64,000 bases of DNA from the human T2T-CHM13v2.0 reference genome, Homo sapiens: the NCBI RefSeq assembly GCF_009914755.1, contig NC_060931.1. One strand, 5' to 3'. Numbering within the stretch: the first letter of the stretch is position 1; every line of letters starts with the position of its first letter. Below are positions 58,811 through 64,000 of the stretch, one piece after another. The notes beneath the pieces are model-generated. The model was not told the DNA's origin and ran no database searches. It was given only the letters and a program-made list of their open reading frames with translations. Both the position numbers and the translations under genes were made by a program.

Positions 58811-59710
58811 AAGGAGTTCTTTCATTTCATATGTAATAGATCATGGAAATAGCCTTGTGATTGATACACAGCAGGTATTACCATCCTCACTTTAGAATGA
58901 GGACTCAGAGCCTTGAGATGTCTGAGGGCCTTGACTGGGACAGCTGGCAGATGCAGGAGCAGAGCTGCATCACCCCTGTGGGCTATCTCAGGGTTGTCTG
59001 TAATCTAAGTACAATGTCTGTTGATTTTGGACTGAAGGCTTTTTGGGTAATTGTTTGCTTTTTCAATACTTATAAAATAGTTTCCATCCTTACTCATTGA
59101 TAGTAAGGTTAGTTATTTTAGAAAACAAGCTAAATAGCAGAAATAGTGGCCTTTTAAGTTGAAAATTTACCCTGAAAAATCTACAGAGTAGCAAACAGAG
59201 TATCAAAAGGAGTTGACTGTATCTATTTTTATAACTGCCACTTATGGATTATTCAGTAAAACCACAATTCACTTTTATGATTTTTTTTCATGTTTCTCTG
59301 TCACAAGAGCAAACTCTTGCTCCATAATAACATTCCAGAATACAGCAATAGCAAAAGTCAACATTTTGAATCCTTTACAAACTCTTAGACATTTTTTTTT
59401 TTTTAGTTTAACATGTTACAAAACAAAATTTCTTCTTTTTTCACAGCAGTTTGGGAAGTACATACTATTTATTAGCTCATCAGCATGAAGCTGGAAAATT
59501 CTTTTTCCTAAAGTTCTTTATATCTACAAACTGTTGATGTTTTCATTTATTTATTTTTAATGCTACGTTGTAATGAAAATCATTGGAAAACTTTAGATTC
59601 TAGTAATTTTGAAGTCTTCTTAGTTTGGACAGGACTGAGCTAAAGTTTGTACTTTTTTTAATTTATTGAAAAATGGTTTCTAATGATAGTATTAACAAGA
59701 TTATATTGGG

Positions 59711-60145
<435 letters not shown>

Positions 60146-61069
60146 CTAGCAATTTCCTGTTTGTTTGTTTTTTGCCCATAGTGCTTATCTCTTTGAACAG
60201 TAATTTTCCACTTACTATTTTTCTCCCCTTTTGGACCATAATTTCCTTTAAGGCAGAGCCTCCTGTTACTCATCTTTGAATCTGGGGTCTGTCAGAGTAC
60301 CTAGAATTTAATAAACTCTCATTAAGAGCCAGTTGAAAGAATATATGACTAAGCAGTCATTTACATCCAAAAGATCCGTAGGAGAATTCTTATCAGCACA
60401 TGTGATTGGTAACAATAACTTTGTACTTTTCAAAAACAATTACTAATCTATCTTGCTTTCCATTATCTCACCAAAACCTATTAGCATGTCTGGCAGAAAA
60501 TAGATACTTAATAAATTTCTTAAATGTTTACTGACTTCAATTTTAAGTTTTATTAACTATGTTGACTTTTCTCTAATGAAGATGATTCTAAAAAGCTTTT
60601 TACTATACTTCACAGTGAATAAAACAGTGAGATAGGAATATTGCAAAATGTCCCCTGTGTTGGTCAGTCTTAGTGTCATTCATTTTAAAAATTCTGTTCT
60701 CTAAATATTGACAGTTATATATAAATTTATGTAATTGTTTACTTCTAATAAAGAATTTCATCTGGGGAAAAACATACTTTGCTCAGCTCTTTGCCACAAG
60801 TGCAAAGTCTAAGACAGTCAAATAGCTTTCCTAGTACGGCCTTAGGAACTTAGTATATGACTGGTGTGAATCTAGAGGGAGCATACTGCATTCTGACCAA
60901 AATCTCCACCCTGTTACTATGGCCATCACTAACTTCGCAGTATTGCAGTACTTCCTGCTAGCTTAGTTCCCAAGGCAACTTGTGAAGGAAAATTTTTACA
61001 AAGCTGTTGTCACACAAAGGTAGTGTTTCAGTTCCTGAGCCCATGTCCTTGGAGTTGCCCAGGCTCCAA

Positions 61070-61320
61070 TAATACTAATAATTACTGTACATTAGGTACT
61101 TACCATGTGCCATATTCTGTGGGAGCCGCTTTCCACAAATTATCTCTGGTAATCCTTGTAACAACCCTTTGACATCAATATTATTATTTTCTCCATTTTT
61201 TTACATATGAGATAAATGAGACTTAAAATAATGTGCCTGATATCATCAGCAAATGAGCTGAGGAGGGCAGATTCAAAGCTGATTGTGTTTGACTCTAGAG
61301 CTGCAGTCTTAAGCCAGACC
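61070..61320 (-). mobile_element. MIR
   Basis: tacttaccatgtgcc...attattattttctccatttttttacatatgagataaatgagactt. Confidence 0.75.
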
Positions 61321-61539
61321 TTTTCTTGCTGGTTAATTTTACTGAAAAAAAAAAAAAAAAAAAAAAACCCTCAAATACTGCTGATTGATCTAAAGTACTA
61401 ACATTTCTATCAGTGTTAGGGAAATTTTAATTTTATAATTTGATTTTGTGAGAAATTTATAGCATCTTGAATACTCACATGCAAAGTGATATGTCTTAGA
61501 TAACATTTTACAATGGCAGAGCTTAAGCCAGTGCTCAGT

Positions 61540-62560
61540 CATTCATTCATCCTCAAGTTTTGATTCATTTATCATTCATCAAAACTCTGTTTTGTTTGGC
61601 CACCCACATTCTAGGAGCTCAGTACATATTTGATAAATGAATGAATTGTTGAGGTTGACAGTTACCCAGGACTGGCATTAGGAACACAGAGCTGAAGAGC
61701 ACGTTTTTACCCTCAAGAAGCTTACAGTCTAACGAGGGAACTTGCACAAATACTACTATCACTAGGTGCCTGGTTGAATGGCTTAAGAGATGATCAGGGA
61801 TATTCAGAAGGATATGTCAGGCTCAGCAATGGCATCACTTGAGAGCATCAAGGTGTTTAGGGAACTACAAGATGTTTGGTTCTGCTGGGAATAAGAGTGA
61901 AGGGGGCTCCATTTGGATGCCTCATACACCAGGTGAGAGATCTTAGATTTTATTCCACCAGGAGGAGAACTACCATAGGATTTAAAACAGAAATGATATG
62001 GTCAAACCTACATCTTAGGAAGATCCCTGGGGTGTTTGTATGGTGGACTTGCAATTTGACTAATTGAGATTTGTAGGATGATTCTTAAGAGATGATGATG
62101 ACCCAGACTGGGATCACTATAATAGAGTTGGTAAGGAGGAGAATGATTTAAAAAGTAGTTGGAAGAATTCTAGGGATGGAGATAAACATTTGAAAATTAT
62201 TAACTTATAGGTGGTCATCAATACCCTGAAAATGACTGGGATCTCAGAGGAGAGTCTGGAGAGTTGGAAATGACAAAGACTAATATTCAAGGGGGCAGGA
62301 AGAGGGAGAGTTGTTCACACATGACAATAGGAAGAAATGGCCATAGAGTGTGTGGTTTCTCTCAAGCCAAGGAATAGATGTTTTAAGAAAGGAAAATTCT
62401 TGTGGTGGGAAGCAGTAGAGATGACAGATACACATTAATTTCTTGAGATTTCTAGATGACTAAATGGGCAGATGTTGAATGATAGCTAAAGGAGAACCCA
62501 GAAACAAGGGAGGGATTTTGTTTTTGTTTTTTAAAAAAGATAGACCATAGCAGCTTCATA
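61540..62560 (-). mobile_element. L2 fragments
   Basis: cattcattcat ends, ccctcaagaagcttacagtcta, purine-rich body; edges approximate. Confidence 0.6.
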
Positions 62561-62861
62561 GACTGAAACAATAAAAAAGTTGAAGGCACAAAGAAAGACA
62601 CAGGTCCTCTAACTCCCTGCCCAGTGCCCTTTATTCATATTCTCAGCACTTGTATTTCTAAGTTTTATGTTTGAGTCTTCGGGGATACATCAGAGTAGTC
62701 CCCCTTGTCTAATAAATGTGTTTACATTTCCTGCCATACCAGAAACCCTTCTCAAACTTTAATGAATTTCTACAAGGTGAGATTACTTTAATGAGAAACC
62801 AACCAAGGAAAGGAGTATCATCTGCAATATACTTTCAAATGTTTTTTGCTTGTTTGTTTCT

Positions 62862-63391
62862 TGTCCAGCTAAAAAAAAAAAAAAAAAACAAGCCATTGGT
62901 CCTAACACAACTTTCATATTCTACCCCAATATCAAAGAGGCTTAAAATCTCCTGGTCGTGTGATGGGCACACAGTTAATTTTTTGTGAACAAACACAGTG
63001 TTATGGGCCATTTCTGAATTTATCTCTGAAATCATAAGATTCTTTCTGAGCCATTATCTCATTCTATATTACAGTCAGGTGGAGCCCATCTTACCTCCTC
63101 ATACTAAATTCTAGACTTCTCAAGGGCAGGAGACAATCATCTGTATATCTCTTTGGCCTTCATACACTCAGGAGTACTTGCCAAAAATAAACATTTAATG
63201 CACATTTATTTGAATAATTGATAAGATCCAATACTTCAATAACTTTGTCATATTTTTATAGAATGGGTTTCTATATCTCATTTGCATTTTCAAACTTTAC
63301 TTTTACTGTCTAGCTTTAAAAAAAAAGCCTTTGACTCTAATACAGCCCTCATATTCTACCCCAATATCTAAGAGGCTTTATATCTCCTAGT
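62862..63391 (+). repeat. Degenerate direct repeat of about 90 bp (62862-62955, 63307-63391)
   Basis: shared tcatattctaccccaatatc(a/t)aagaggctt at 62914 and 63349; period 435. Confidence 0.85.
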
Positions 63392-64000
63392 GTTGTACCA
63401 CTATTTTAACTCCAGTATTTTTTACTTCATAGTTTTACCTATTTGTTACAGTTAGTTTTTATGAATTCAAGAGATGAATAGCAATTTTCCATATGTAATT
63501 TAAAAAACCCCACAGTTGACTATTTTATGCTATCTTTTGTCCTCAGTCATGACAGAGTAGAAGATGGGAGGTAGCACCAAGGATGATGTCATACCTCCAT
63601 CCTTTATGCTACATTCTATCTTCTGTCTACATAAGATGTCATACTAGAGGGCATATCTGCAATGTATACATATTATCTTTTCCAGCATGCATTCAGTTGT
63701 GTTGGAATAATTTATGTACACCTTTATAAACGCTGAGCCTCACAAGAGCCATGTGCCACGTATTGTTTTCTTACTACTTTTTGGGATACCTGGCACGTAA
63801 TAGACACTCATTGAAAGTTTCCTAATGAATGAAGTACAAAGATAAAACAAGTTATAGACTGATTCTTTTGAGCTGTCAAGGTTGTAAATAGACTTTTGCT
63901 CAATCAATTCAAATGGTGGCAGGTAGTGGGGGTAGAGGGATTGGTATGAAAAACATAAGCTTTCAGAACTCCTGTGTTTATTTTTAGAATGTCAACTGCT

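Noticed and set aside
63950-64000. CFTR exon 25
   Set aside because: Only the upstream intron is present; by recollection the exon starts about 50 nt beyond the window.

Overview
Human genomic DNA (AT-rich, with Alu, L1, L2, MIR and MaLR repeats) from the 3' half of CFTR, + strand. It holds nine coding exons, 16-24 (legacy 14b-21; c.2620-c.3963, aa 874-1321), encoding MSD2 (TM7-TM12, glycosylated loop ECL4) and the N-terminal half of NBD2 (Walker A, Q-loop). All have canonical AG/GT ends and translate to the wild-type protein as I know it; the well-known CF positions checked carry reference bases. The window ends just upstream of exon 25. Four latent pseudoexons of known deep-intronic CF alleles can be rebuilt to the base. 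This is a heavily studied locus and I see no new protein-coding system. The best leads are: (1) an antisense MST LTR, nested in an AluJ, that has lost its poly(A) signal but kept its splice donor, with candidate antisense exons about 40 kb away (probable promoter of an antisense lncRNA); (2) intronic poly(A) signals that would give an exon-22-truncated CFTR; (3) a tandem pair of perfect CArG boxes about 10 kb into intron 21; (4) several local non-transposon duplications; (5) a near-complete MLT1A provirus carrying a THE1 LTR. Repeat subfamily names and literature links come from memory and need checking.
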